The translations under genes were made by a program, and so were the position numbers. DNA of 64,000 nt, taken from positions 15,569 through 79,568 of the IMG/VR virus record IMGVR_UViG_3300045117_000026; one strand, 5' to 3'. Source of the DNA: a virus. The notes beneath the pieces are model-generated. The model was not told where the DNA came from. It was given only the letters and a program-made list of their open reading frames with translations, and ran no database searches. This document shows, piece by piece, positions 9,705-19,452 of the stretch. Position 1 is the stretch's first letter. Every line of letters begins with the position of its first letter.

Positions 9705-9815
9705 ATTGCTCCTTTTTCCTTAATGCTTGCTGTTACTTGGACAGCATAATAACCAAAAGAAAGACGATTATGAAAGAACAGGTGAACCACAGAAGCGGGC
9801 TGTCTGTCGTGTACA

Positions 9816-10445
9816 TTAGACTATTGCGCCTTCGGTAGTCAGGACACCGCTTGCTACCAGCTTCAGACCTTTAGCGTATTCATAATCCCAGGGGAAGGTC
9901 GGAATATCGGTTCGGCTAAAGAAACGATAATCATATACGAAGTCGGCTGCCTCGGAGCAAATATAGCGGGAGTCTCGAGCATAACCGAAGCCACACCACT
10001 TGCCGGATATGCGGTGCCATAATATAGAGGGGATTGCGTACCGGAATATGCACCAGTAATCATAGACCTGGTCGCCATCAAGAACAAGGTTGTTCATCTT
10101 GATTGCGGCTTCAGTGCTGACGCTGACGGTCTTATACCTGTAGACATCAACGTGCCGTCCGGCGGATTTTAACAACTCGGTCTTACACTGGCCCCTGCCG
10201 ATACTCTCACAATGGAGAGGAGAGAACTTCTTGTTCAGCGAAGTATCCCAATCTCCACAGAGTTCGTCACCACCAGGGGTCTTGAATCCCCAAAAGACAG
10301 AGACGTGCCCGCGGTCCGATTGGGTGATAAAGTGCTTTATCCTGCGGATGATGCCCTTCTCTGAACTCTCCCAAACGAGAATGTCCCCGGGTTGAAGCGT
10401 AATCTCCATATCTCTCCTTATACCAGAATCTTTAGGTCTTGTCAA
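9816..10445 (-). CDS. Permuted papain-like (NlpC/P60, YiiX/YebB-type) amidase or peptidase
   Basis: LQPGDIL, N-terminal catalytic His (GHVSVF), YDY, C-terminal catalytic Cys (YICSE). Confidence 0.8.
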   Translation of the reverse strand: MTRPKDSGIRRDMEITLQPGDILVWESSEKGIIRRIKHFITQSDRGHVSVFWGFKTPGGDELCGDWDTSLNKKFSPLHCESIGRGQCKTELLKSAGRHVDVYRYKTVSVSTEAAIKMNNLVLDGDQVYDYWCIFRYAIPSILWHRISGKWCGFGYARDSRYICSEAADFVYDYRFFSRTDIPTFPWDYEYAKGLKLVASGVLTTEGAIV

Positions 10446-10684
10446 TCGAGCGTCTTGATTTTCAGGAAATTAAGGATGTCCTTGACAGCTTCCCTATTCG
10501 GAAGACCCTTAAGCTTCACACCCTCACTAACAGACATCAAATCCACACCCACAACTCTTGCAGGGGGAAGTGTATAGTCCACAAGGCGATTGTGGTCCAA
10601 CGTATTTGTACAGCCTATCGGCTCTATCAACCACTGGATATAGACTGCGTCTGCTTTATCGTCATATTCAATTCTCAACATCAT
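10442..10684 (-). CDS. DUF2283 family protein
   Basis: IEYDDKADAVYI...VVGVDLM. Confidence 0.8.
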   Translation of the reverse strand: MMLRIEYDDKADAVYIQWLIEPIGCTNTLDHNRLVDYTLPPARVVGVDLMSVSEGVKLKGLPNREAVKDILNFLKIKTLD

Positions 10685-10780
10685 TTAACTCCTATTGTTT
10701 TTGAGGCATCCATTTAACAGGCTGACTGTTTCCATAGCCCAGATAGTGGACGTGGCAAAAACAGCCTTAAATCGCTATTT

Positions 10781-11362
10781 CTAGGCTTTCTGTGCTTTAG
10801 TTAAAAGCCGTTTCTTAGCTTGGTACTTCCGGCAAGCTTTACGGGAAATCTCCCGATAGCGTTCGGGGTGTTCAACTTGCCACTGCTTTACGCACCATGC
10901 GTGCTTCGTCCTGCGGGATGTCGACCAGTTAACATAGCGGAGCCTCTCATGCTGGCATTCAGGACGGCTACAGTATATCTGCCTGATGGAAGTTTTACGG
11001 CCCATGGGTTGATTACAGAAAGCACATGTCGAGTTGAAGATCACATCCTTTAGCAAAGGGATGGACTGAACCGGGACTAGAATATTACTGTTATTAGACC
11101 CACCGCTTTTACGTGTAGGTAGTTTAATGGACCGACAGAACTTGCGGACCACGCTCTTAGACACGTTGAGTTGAGAGGCAACTACCGCTATCCGGAGATA
11201 ACTGCAGTCCTCGTAATTGACATATATCCTATGCCGCTTAATCAACTGCTCTATGCGTTGACGGCTGACGCCACCAAGTAACTGACCTATGCGGTCATAG
11301 GATAACCCGAGTGCGAGCGATTTCTTAATTATTTGTATCTTGTCCGGCACGCTTAGTTTCAT
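10781..11362 (-). CDS. HTH DNA-binding protein (sigma-r4-like HTH plus Zn finger)
   Basis: LSYDRIGQLLGGVSRQRIEQLI; a second HTH; CAFC...YCSRPEC. Confidence 0.7.
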   Translation of the reverse strand: MKLSVPDKIQIIKKSLALGLSYDRIGQLLGGVSRQRIEQLIKRHRIYVNYEDCSYLRIAVVASQLNVSKSVVRKFCRSIKLPTRKSGGSNNSNILVPVQSIPLLKDVIFNSTCAFCNQPMGRKTSIRQIYCSRPECQHERLRYVNWSTSRRTKHAWCVKQWQVEHPERYREISRKACRKYQAKKRLLTKAQKA

Positions 11363-14280
11363 CTGTCTCTCTCCAGTGCATTTAGCGCCAAGTGGAAACA
11401 AGTAAAACAATAGTTCTTGTAATACATCGGCATGAAGTTATGGCATTCTGCGCACCACGCAAAGTCCATGGGCAACTTGAGTGGAATCTTGTAATCTTCC
11501 AACAGTAGCTTAAGCGCAACCTTAGGGTCTTCGTTGGGGTCCCTCAGCGTGGAATCATTGAGTATTGTCCATGCCCATATCATTATTACTTGCGGTTGGT
11601 GCTCCTTGTTGAGCAGATGATACAAGCTTTTGAATAGCCTGTAGTTCTTGCCATTCCGAATCTCTGTATCCGTCACGCTCTGTCTCCTTGTTATGGGTGA
11701 ACTTGAATGTCTTGACGGCGAAAGGTACATCCGGCTTTATCTTGCTTTGCAGAAACTTCAGCGCCTCATCAGCATCTTCCTGGTGCAACCTTATCCACTT
11801 CAAAAGACCAGGGCGGTCAAGCGATACAGGGATAAGCCCATCAGACTTATCAGGAAGAAGGAACTGCTCGATGTTCCCCCATGAACCAACGAGTAGATAA
11901 CCCCGCCTTATAAGTGAGGCTTCGCAATCGGAACAGATGTTGACACCGCTTCTCTTTACAGAATACATTGCCAGGTAGCCGGGGCCGTATAATACCCCGC
12001 AGGAAAAACATTGATTGTGTCTAATTTCGTCTTCCAATTGGTTCTCCTGTATACAGGTCCTCTAACCAAGTTCTGGCCCGACCGATAGCAAAATTAGCAA
12101 TGCTCCTTGCCTCGCTTAATAGTTCAGGCTCTTTTATATCGGAATCCCACCCGCTGACTCTTTCACTACTTATCACTACTCCATTGAGAGAGACTTTTGC
12201 GGATATGGTTAACATGCACCAGTCTATCCCGTATTTACAAAGCCTCTTGCTGTCTGCTATGGCCCAAGAACCACGGAGATGTCCGTTATTGTGAAAGGAA
12301 TAAAGATACATTATATTCTTTCGATAATGGTCGGGCGCAAAAGAGACGAACCTGCCCTTGTCGTCGCGCCATATTCCCTTATGGTCCATAACATATCTAA
12401 AGTTAAGGTATACCAGCTTCTCCTCTTTGTTCTTGGGGAGTCTCCAATCGGAGAACTCTCCAAGCCAGCTTAAGTCCGGGGATTCTGAGCAGTCTGTACC
12501 TACTACCAGCCGGATGCGACCAACAGTCTTGTCAATCAAGGTGTCCACGACTTATCCCTTAGTGGGCTTGCCAGCCACGATGTACCTTCCAGCCAACGAT
12601 CTGCTTGATATTCTCTTGCTCTGCTTCCTCTTTACCAGCATTATCTTTCTCTTTGAAGAACTCGAATGCGTACATGAAAGCAGCTCCTCGAAGCGCTCTA
12701 GCTTTTTCGATGAAGTCTTCCTGATCAGCAGAGGTAAATCTTTCCTGCTTGTTTAACTTCATATCCGCTAGCATAGTAGCCGAGACAACCGATGCTACAT
12801 CGCACGTGGAGAGAGCAGCAAGTGTCGGCGTAGCGGCAAGCACTCTGACCTGCTGTTGCAACTCCTTATAGAATCGCTCCACCACATCTTCATCATCAAT
12901 GAGAGTGAATACTAGTCCTACTGGTTTCATTTGGTTTACTCCTTCTTAATATATATTTTGAATTCATCATCGCCTGGGTAGAAGCGATACTTCTTACCAT
13001 CGGCGGTCTTCCCCCCAAAGTTTAAGTCGTCATCAATGCTGATTACTTCTACCAGAGAGGCCGGCTCAATATGTTCCCAGGGATCGTTGTACTTGATGAC
13101 TTCAATTATGTCCCCGACCGCCAGCCCCCCTAGACCATCAAGTAGTAATTGCTTCTTGCGCAACCATTGCGGGTATAAGTCTTCTGGCGTTAGTTCATAA
13201 GCGGGACCGCGTCTAACGTCTGCTTCCTCTTCGGCGTTCTTGATTCGGGGTTTACGGCTTGTTGTTGCTTTGAGCTTGGTTGTGGAAGCCTTTGAGAAAC
13301 CGCCGAGTTTCATTTATGCTGTCCCTTTAAGAAAGGCTAACGCCTGTTGCTCCGATATGAATAGCAATGCTTCGCACTCGGGACAATGAAAGGTGATAGA
13401 ACGTAATACGCACGGGTCAAGCTTAGTATATTGAATGGCTTTGGTTTTCTTGTTGACCATGACCTCGAATATATCTGTAACCTGAGGACCCTTGGCAAGC
13501 AGGTAAGCGATATGCTTATTACAACTATGGCATTGTGGATACACGTCTAGACCTCTTCCTCAAAGATATTAGGCGGGTCATCCGACTCGACAATATCGAA
13601 ATCATCACGGGTATAGCTGTCTTCCATATCACCCCTCTTAACAGCTTCATCGCACTCATGGATTTCTGCTTCTATCTCCGCTTCAGCAAGCGCCCTTGTC
13701 GCAAAGCGGATAGGGACCTCTAGCTTGCCATCTTCGCTAAATGTCCAGCAGTCCACCCAACCATCAAGCAGTGTGTCGGTTAGTACTATCCAACTCATCT
13801 TTTGTAATCCTTTCTATTCTCCACTACGGAAATAGTACGTTACGCCATCGAGCTTCGCCGATGTACAACTCATTTGCCTCATTACCGCACAGTACACAGA
13901 TATTGTGCTCAACTGACTCGCTAAGTTTTCTACCATAGTTTTTTTCATATATTAAATCAAGCGTCTCTTTGTGCTTCTCTTCGCTCCACCATTTTTCTGT
14001 ATTCATTAATGCACGCTGTTCAACATCCTGTTAATGTATTCAGCCTCACGCACCATCCCTTTGGTCAGATGGTTCATTAACTCGCTGTGTGTGAACGGTG
14101 GTGGAGTATCTCCAATAAGAGCAGGGTCAACACTCCTGATAGCCTTACACGCTTGGCTAAATGCTTTATAATCGTGAGTCATAAGGTACTCACGACAAAC
14201 CAGTGTTACTACCATCAGAGCGTCAAGCAGTTGGACCTGTCTTACTAGGAGTTCTGCTTGTATCGTTAATTCATCCATTA
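11359..14280 (-). other. Run of tightly packed small hypothetical CDSs (11555-12037, 12021-12548, 12559-12930, 12936-13313, 13314-13544, 13547-13798, 13824-14006, 14006-14278)
   Basis: Abutting co-oriented ORFs, several with CxxC motifs; no recognisable family. Confidence 0.65.
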
Positions 14281-14306
14281 TTCTACTTCTCCATCGCTGT
14301 TCATGT

Positions 14307-14693
14307 TTACTCGCTTGAGACTTCACCATAGAACAAATCAACCTCGTTCTCAGCAAAGTCTACCCCGTATTGCTTACATATACGGATGAACATCAATCTC
14401 AGTTCGCGCACTGTTAGGTTGGCGCAGAGTTTGTCAAACGCTGGTATGCCCACATAATATGGTTCATAATCTCTCCAATATACCTCATCATCATCAACGC
14501 CATAGGCAAGTTCTCCGCCAATGAACACCAGCGCCTTTCCTTGGTTAGTACCACCCCATCCTTCGGTGCACTCATCCAGCTTTATGAGCTTGTGGATTTT
14601 CTCGTTGAACTTCTTGTCATCCGAATTCGCAACACCCACGATGAGGAAGCTGGATGAACTCGAATTGGAGACAAAGCCGGTTCTGATTTTCAT
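14307..14693 (-). CDS. MK-x-R-x-[GS]FVSNSS-motif protein
   Basis: N-terminus MKIRTGFVSNSSSSSFLI; AAGGAG SD. Confidence 0.8.
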   Translation of the reverse strand: MKIRTGFVSNSSSSSFLIVGVANSDDKKFNEKIHKLIKLDECTEGWGGTNQGKALVFIGGELAYGVDDDEVYWRDYEPYYVGIPAFDKLCANLTVRELRLMFIRICKQYGVDFAENEVDLFYGEVSSE

Positions 14694-14711
14694 TGCTTAC
14701 TCCTTATTACT

Positions 14712-15065
14712 TTAATCGTGCCAAGCTTCGGAAATATCCCTGATGTCTGTATCCGAAAGGTCTTCGCCAAATGCTTCCTTGAGTGAAAGGTTCTTAGTGG
14801 CAGCAAGGGACAGCAAGGCAAGCATAATTTTAACCTTGGTAGTATACCGGAATGAAGCCCCTGTTTCGTCATCCTTTAATGAGTCATAACTGCGACCAAT
14901 GTAGAGATCGTCATAGGGTGACACCCTGACGGTGAGACCATGCTTACCACAAATGTCGCTGATTTGCAAAGCGTCAAATGCGCAATCAAGGAGATTGAGG
15001 TATACTCCGTGGATCAGGAAAGAGGTGGTACTACTGTTGCTTACGAAGCTTGTTCTTAGTTTCAT
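14712..15065 (-). CDS. MK-x-R-x-[GS]FVSNSS-motif protein (paralog)
   Basis: N-terminus MKLRTSFVSNSSTTSFLI; AAGGAGG SD. Confidence 0.8.
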   Translation of the reverse strand: MKLRTSFVSNSSTTSFLIHGVYLNLLDCAFDALQISDICGKHGLTVRVSPYDDLYIGRSYDSLKDDETGASFRYTTKVKIMLALLSLAATKNLSLKEAFGEDLSDTDIRDISEAWHD

Positions 15066-15077
15066 GTTTAGCCTCCT

Positions 15078-15884
15078 TTACACCTCATTAACGTAAACAT
15101 AATCTACCAAGAGGTAGATAGCATCTTGTTTATCAGAGGGGGAGAGCGGAGCATCGGTGCGCAGTAGGTTAATAAGCCTTTTAGCAATAGACTTATCAAG
15201 GGTATCTCGCAAAGAACCAGATGTTGCCGGACCATTGTAATTGTAATGAGCCTCAAGAGGGTACTCGTCTACAAGAGGAGCTTTTGATACATTAGTCTCT
15301 GGTAGCGGGTCAGCCTTGACTGTTACAGGCGCAGTTGTGAATACTTGAGTTAGCGTGCCTTTACCTCCCCATGTATCTGCTTTATCCGGCATTGACAAGA
15401 GGAATGTTTTTGTTTCCTCTGCCCATTTGGTATGATCGGGCCAGTCATGCACATGGACCGTAATCTCTTTCACCATGACTGCACCGCACAATGTCTTTCC
15501 TTTGACTGATGCGCTGATGGCGCCGGAGTTGGTGATTATCAAGCTGACAGGATTATTGGCGTCTACATAACTCTGATCAGCCGGCGAATGGAATGTCCCC
15601 ATGTTGTGGTGCGAATGTATGACGCCGACTTTCCGCTCCGGGGAGACTTCCCCAGGTAACATCTCGCACCAGCCGGAACTGGGTTTGACCTGGCGTGGAA
15701 TAACGATGTCATCGACAAGTACCAGTTCATCAGAGATCGTGCCGAGACACCATCCAATCCACTCAAGGTTGCTCATTGCATCGCATAGGGAACATGCTTT
15801 GGCAAAGGCGTCAAGGGTTATTGAAACATCTGGGAAGATACCGGGTTTTCCGCATTGGGTAATACACTCTTTAGATTGCCACAT
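15078..15884 (-). CDS. JAB/MPN+ (JAMM) metallo-isopeptidase
   Basis: N-terminal Glu (LEWIGW) and H-S-H-x7-S-x2-D (HSHHNMGTFHSPAD). Confidence 0.9.
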   Translation of the reverse strand: MWQSKECITQCGKPGIFPDVSITLDAFAKACSLCDAMSNLEWIGWCLGTISDELVLVDDIVIPRQVKPSSGWCEMLPGEVSPERKVGVIHSHHNMGTFHSPADQSYVDANNPVSLIITNSGAISASVKGKTLCGAVMVKEITVHVHDWPDHTKWAEETKTFLLSMPDKADTWGGKGTLTQVFTTAPVTVKADPLPETNVSKAPLVDEYPLEAHYNYNGPATSGSLRDTLDKSIAKRLINLLRTDAPLSPSDKQDAIYLLVDYVYVNEV

Positions 15885-16915
15885 TATGTCTTAATCTCCT
15901 TTCTTCCTTTTTCCAGACCTGCCATGAATGCCTCGCAATAATCGCAATTATGTTGCTTACAGTTAAGACACTTACCAGGTCCGTCAGCTAGACCCTTATT
16001 GTATGCTCTGCAGTCCTCACAATCTCTGTGTACGCATTCATTACAATTACCAAAGTCAACTTCATCCGCGTCAACCTTACCGCAGTTCTCGCACGCATTT
16101 GCGACGGCTCTACAACCATCACACTTGTCGCAGTCATCGCAGTCCCCACGGTAGCAGTCATCGCACATTTCTCTGTGCGCCTTGCATTCGTCACGTTTAC
16201 AGCGGTCACAATCATCGAAGCTGTCTTTCTTGGTACATGTCTTGCACAGTTCTGGGCTGGCAACCTCTTGAGTAACAATCCTGGGTTGTCCTACATCACC
16301 GATATCCATTGATAGTTGAAGCAATGGAAACTTCATGAGCTTGGCTACACCCATTGCGGCGGCCGCTATAGCTGGGACGACCCAGCTTGGGATAAAGTTG
16401 TAGGCCGCTATCTTACCGTTCTCGTCTACTACGGCAGGAACTTTCTCCTGAACCCATCCGGGTAACTTGTCTGCTACCATGAAGTGAGTACCATCATACC
16501 CAAGCTTTGTGTATGTCACTCCATAGTCAACTGACCATTTGTAGTTAATCCCCTGGGAAATCAGAGTGTCGGTACAATCTATCAGATTGTCGGGTAAGAC
16601 ATAGTCATTGTGGAAATCCTCGAGCGGGAACTTTACGATATACGCATTACACGTAATATCCGGTCGCAGGGCTATGATAAGCTCCCTTGTCGCTTCAGCT
16701 TTATACTGGTCAAGCTGATGGATTGTGAACGGCAGTCGGTTCAGGTTAGAAGCTTCAATCCGGTCAGGGTCGTACAGTTCAATGTGCGGTACCCCTGACA
16801 TCGCAAGGAGCAAAGCTACCCAAGCACCGACACCACCGCACCCAACTACTGCCACCTTTTGTGGCATCAAGAGGTGCAACTCCTGTTGCCTGTTATAAAT
16901 TATGTCGGCTTCCAT
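15884..16915 (-). CDS. E1-like ThiF/MoeB adenylyltransferase with Cys-rich C-terminal tail
   Basis: YNRQ, VVGCGGVG, DPDRIEASNLNRL, KAEA and IDCTD; more than 10 CxxC-type units at the C-terminus. Confidence 0.92.
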   Translation of the reverse strand: MEADIIYNRQQELHLLMPQKVAVVGCGGVGAWVALLLAMSGVPHIELYDPDRIEASNLNRLPFTIHQLDQYKAEATRELIIALRPDITCNAYIVKFPLEDFHNDYVLPDNLIDCTDTLISQGINYKWSVDYGVTYTKLGYDGTHFMVADKLPGWVQEKVPAVVDENGKIAAYNFIPSWVVPAIAAAAMGVAKLMKFPLLQLSMDIGDVGQPRIVTQEVASPELCKTCTKKDSFDDCDRCKRDECKAHREMCDDCYRGDCDDCDKCDGCRAVANACENCGKVDADEVDFGNCNECVHRDCEDCRAYNKGLADGPGKCLNCKQHNCDYCEAFMAGLEKGRKEIKT

Positions 16916-17775
16916 AATCCTGATCCTTTCGCTTCGTCATTAAAGTCTTCCTTCAATGCATTAATCACATCATTGTACGTCGGGATATTATCCTCTGGAT
17001 TTTCATGCATACCGGAAAACTCGTTAATGTAACCCTGTTGTGCTATTGCTTGTGTTATTAGTTGTGTCGGCTCGGGGTTTAAGGGAACGTTGCGATAAGC
17101 AAGAGATCGCACACAGTTATTGTACCCGGAGCCGTAATAGTTGCGGAACGGGGCGCCGTCCTGCCGGAAGAGACCAATGTTACTGCATACAGGTGATCTG
17201 GTGCCTGTGAAACGGAGTTGCAGGAATACGTTACGGCTTGAGGCTTCTTGTATTTCCTTTGGTATATCGTAGAACTTCCCGTGACGTTCAAGCTTTGTCG
17301 GGCACCAAGTGAACGGGACTGCATATACAAGACAGTCTAGATGATAGAACAACCTCTTACCGCTAACGGCGTATTGTATGGTGAACCACTTTGGGAACTT
17401 GAACTCGTTTGACGTATTTACTTTTCTGAGGAATTCGTTAATGGCAATGACAGCAACCCTTTTGTTAGAACTTGCTTGGTCTGCCATTACACCAACCAAA
17501 CTCTTTATGATAGGCTCTTTGGTTTTCTTGTTGGTGACGGAAACGTCGCAGGAGCCAATGTCTGCGTCGTTTAATTTCAGGGTAATGGAGTTGTCTTCCG
17601 TCCTTAGAGCGTCAATGATCTGCTTATACTCAGGTGGCTCTTCAGGCACATGTCCGTTTGATGCCAGCCATACCGACAGCGGGCAACGTTCACTAAAAGA
17701 ACAAGCGGTGTGCGGTATCAATGACTGCGGAACACGTGCACCGTTGACAGACATTACTTCTTGATTTGTCGGCAT
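16900..17775 (-). CDS. Putative E2-like (prokaryotic UBC-fold) conjugating enzyme
   Basis: Sits between Ubl and E1; GAPFRNYYGSGYNNC resembles the APF-x-N-x-Y-x-x-G-x-x-C active-site motif of Prok-E2 families. Confidence 0.6.
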   Translation of the reverse strand: MPTNQEVMSVNGARVPQSLIPHTACSFSERCPLSVWLASNGHVPEEPPEYKQIIDALRTEDNSITLKLNDADIGSCDVSVTNKKTKEPIIKSLVGVMADQASSNKRVAVIAINEFLRKVNTSNEFKFPKWFTIQYAVSGKRLFYHLDCLVYAVPFTWCPTKLERHGKFYDIPKEIQEASSRNVFLQLRFTGTRSPVCSNIGLFRQDGAPFRNYYGSGYNNCVRSLAYRNVPLNPEPTQLITQAIAQQGYINEFSGMHENPEDNIPTYNDVINALKEDFNDEAKGSGLWKPT

Positions 17776-17798
17776 AGTTACCCTCCTTAAGGATTATG

Positions 17799-17827
17799 AA
17801 GTCGGGGGTCATTACGACCCCCGACTT
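17799..17827. terminator. 12-bp stem-loop downstream of the Ubl gene
   Basis: AAGTCGGGGGTC-ATTAC-GACCCCCGACTT; weak U tract on the coding strand. Confidence 0.6.
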
Positions 17828-17866
17828 GTTTGTTGTCCGGACAGTCAAACTATATAAGCTACGGGA

Positions 17867-18103
17867 TTAGCACCCGCCAGCGTTATAAGCCTCAATCCGA
17901 ACGGTCATACCAACCTCGAAGGAAGCTGGTACGTTGTTGCCGGTCTCGTCAATCTCTACATCGTTGACGTAGACGCGGGCACTGTTGATACCGTGCTTGA
18001 TAAGGAGATCATTGATGCCGCTACCGAATTTGGTCCCTGCAGCGACTTCGACCGCCTTACCATCGACCGTGACACTGAGCGCCTTTGCTTTCTGTTCCCA
18101 CAT
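17867..18103 (-). CDS. Ubiquitin-like beta-grasp protein ending GG-C
   Basis: 78 aa with ThiS/MoaD-like pattern (VTVDGK...VYVNDVEI...GMTVRIEAYNAGGC); GAAAGGAG SD. Confidence 0.85.
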   Translation of the reverse strand: MWEQKAKALSVTVDGKAVEVAAGTKFGSGINDLLIKHGINSARVYVNDVEIDETGNNVPASFEVGMTVRIEAYNAGGC

Positions 18104-18160
18104 CGGAGAACTCCTTTCGTGAGCTATATATTTTGCGGTCTTTGACCGCGTAGCTCCAAA

Positions 18161-18697
18161 CTACCCGCCCCTCGGGCCGTTATAGAAATCGTTTCCATCA
18201 ACCTTGACTTCTCCACCCTCTATCACAAGCGTTGCTTGGAAACCCATCCCGCCCTCGTAAGAGAGCATTTCAAATCGCAATGACGGGAATAACTCACCAG
18301 CTTTTATGATAAGCGGAGTAGGCGGGGACCATGCGGTCTCAAAGGTATACTCCACTTTACCTTTTGGCTTGGTGGTTGACTTAGAGATCATTTTCACCTC
18401 GCAGAACCCCCACTTGGTACCCCAGTTGTCAATACACCACTCATAGCCACCGCTGTTAAAGCCGTTCTTTGGACGGTTCTCCAACAGAGATGAGAAGTTA
18501 GGGTCCTTAGCTTTATTCTCCCGTACTTCCCTGTCCCACTTCGTGGCTTCCTCATCCAGTGTCCTGAACTCCTCTGGATAAGGGATAAGCTTGTTGGCAT
18601 CCATTAAAGAGTTTTTCCCTTTAACTAACTCCACAAACTTCTTTAACTCTCCAGAGGGCCCCGTGATTGTAAGATCGTTCTCGCACCAGTTAGGCAT
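18161..18697 (-). CDS. DUF1281/YubB-like ferredoxin-fold protein
   Basis: MPNWCEN, WCIDNWGTKW, FETAWSPP and YEGGMGF. Confidence 0.8.
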   Translation of the reverse strand: MPNWCENDLTITGPSGELKKFVELVKGKNSLMDANKLIPYPEEFRTLDEEATKWDREVRENKAKDPNFSSLLENRPKNGFNSGGYEWCIDNWGTKWGFCEVKMISKSTTKPKGKVEYTFETAWSPPTPLIIKAGELFPSLRFEMLSYEGGMGFQATLVIEGGEVKVDGNDFYNGPRGG

Positions 18698-18717
18698 TAC
18701 CTTTTCTCCTTTCTGTT

Positions 18718-19392
18718 TTATTCGCGGGATATATCACGTAAATCCAGTTTACCCTTAAGTATCATGACACCACCGTTCTCCACGTTACGATACGTATTAA
18801 ACTCCTCGAGTGCTTTGAATACAGCATCAACATCATCCGTTGGTATAGCAATAATCTCGTTATCCGAATTCAAAGAGGTACCACGCACATATAGTGTCTT
18901 GGTCTTCTCATTAAACTGAGGATGGATTATGCTGGCTATGATTATCCCGTTTGATGCTTCGAAGGGACGGAATTCACGTGCTGTTTGCTGTTCCACTTGG
19001 TACAAGTACATCTTATCCCCATCGACATCAAACAAGTCCATATGTATATCTGCCGGTCTTAGTTTTAATACTATATCGGTCCCTGATATACCGTTTAACT
19101 CATGGATAGCTGCTACCAGCGTATCAAGACTTACATCGGACTTAGGAATAGTGACAACATCGTTGTCCCTATCTTTTACAGAACCTTGAACGTACAGAAC
19201 CTTATGATTCCAATCAGGAAAATCTTCACTGCTGATAACAATCCCGCAACTAGTTCCATAATCCCTTGCGTGCTCAAACCCACGTTGCTCGACTACTTGG
19301 AGTAATATGACATTCCCGATGTCCTTCAGCAATACTGATAGATAGGGTCTATCGCCAGATTCAATCGTTGATGGAGTATTAATTTTCTGCAT
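18718..19392 (-). CDS. Hypothetical protein with a tandem duplicated domain
   Basis: Two copies of QV-x-[EQ]Q...S-x-GI-x-I-x-S...P...LYV-x-G...DN...IP. Confidence 0.75.
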   Translation of the reverse strand: MQKINTPSTIESGDRPYLSVLLKDIGNVILLQVVEQRGFEHARDYGTSCGIVISSEDFPDWNHKVLYVQGSVKDRDNDVVTIPKSDVSLDTLVAAIHELNGISGTDIVLKLRPADIHMDLFDVDGDKMYLYQVEQQTAREFRPFEASNGIIIASIIHPQFNEKTKTLYVRGTSLNSDNEIIAIPTDDVDAVFKALEEFNTYRNVENGGVMILKGKLDLRDISRE

Positions 19393-19452
19393 TTACCTTT
19401 TCTCCTTTCTGTTATTACTCAGCTTATTACTACTCCTTAGCGCACTTTCATT

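Noticed and set aside
15884-18103. ThiF/ThiS pair as thiamine or molybdopterin biosynthesis
   Set aside because: No thiG, moaE or cysteine synthase nearby, and an E2-like gene lies between them; a sulfur-carrier role is less likely but not excluded
18699-19414. Identical 19-bp sequence upstream of two adjacent genes (ACCTTTTCTCCTTTCTGTT)
   Set aside because: Explained as a reused strong ribosome-binding region (AACAGAAAGGAGAAAAGGT), not a separate element
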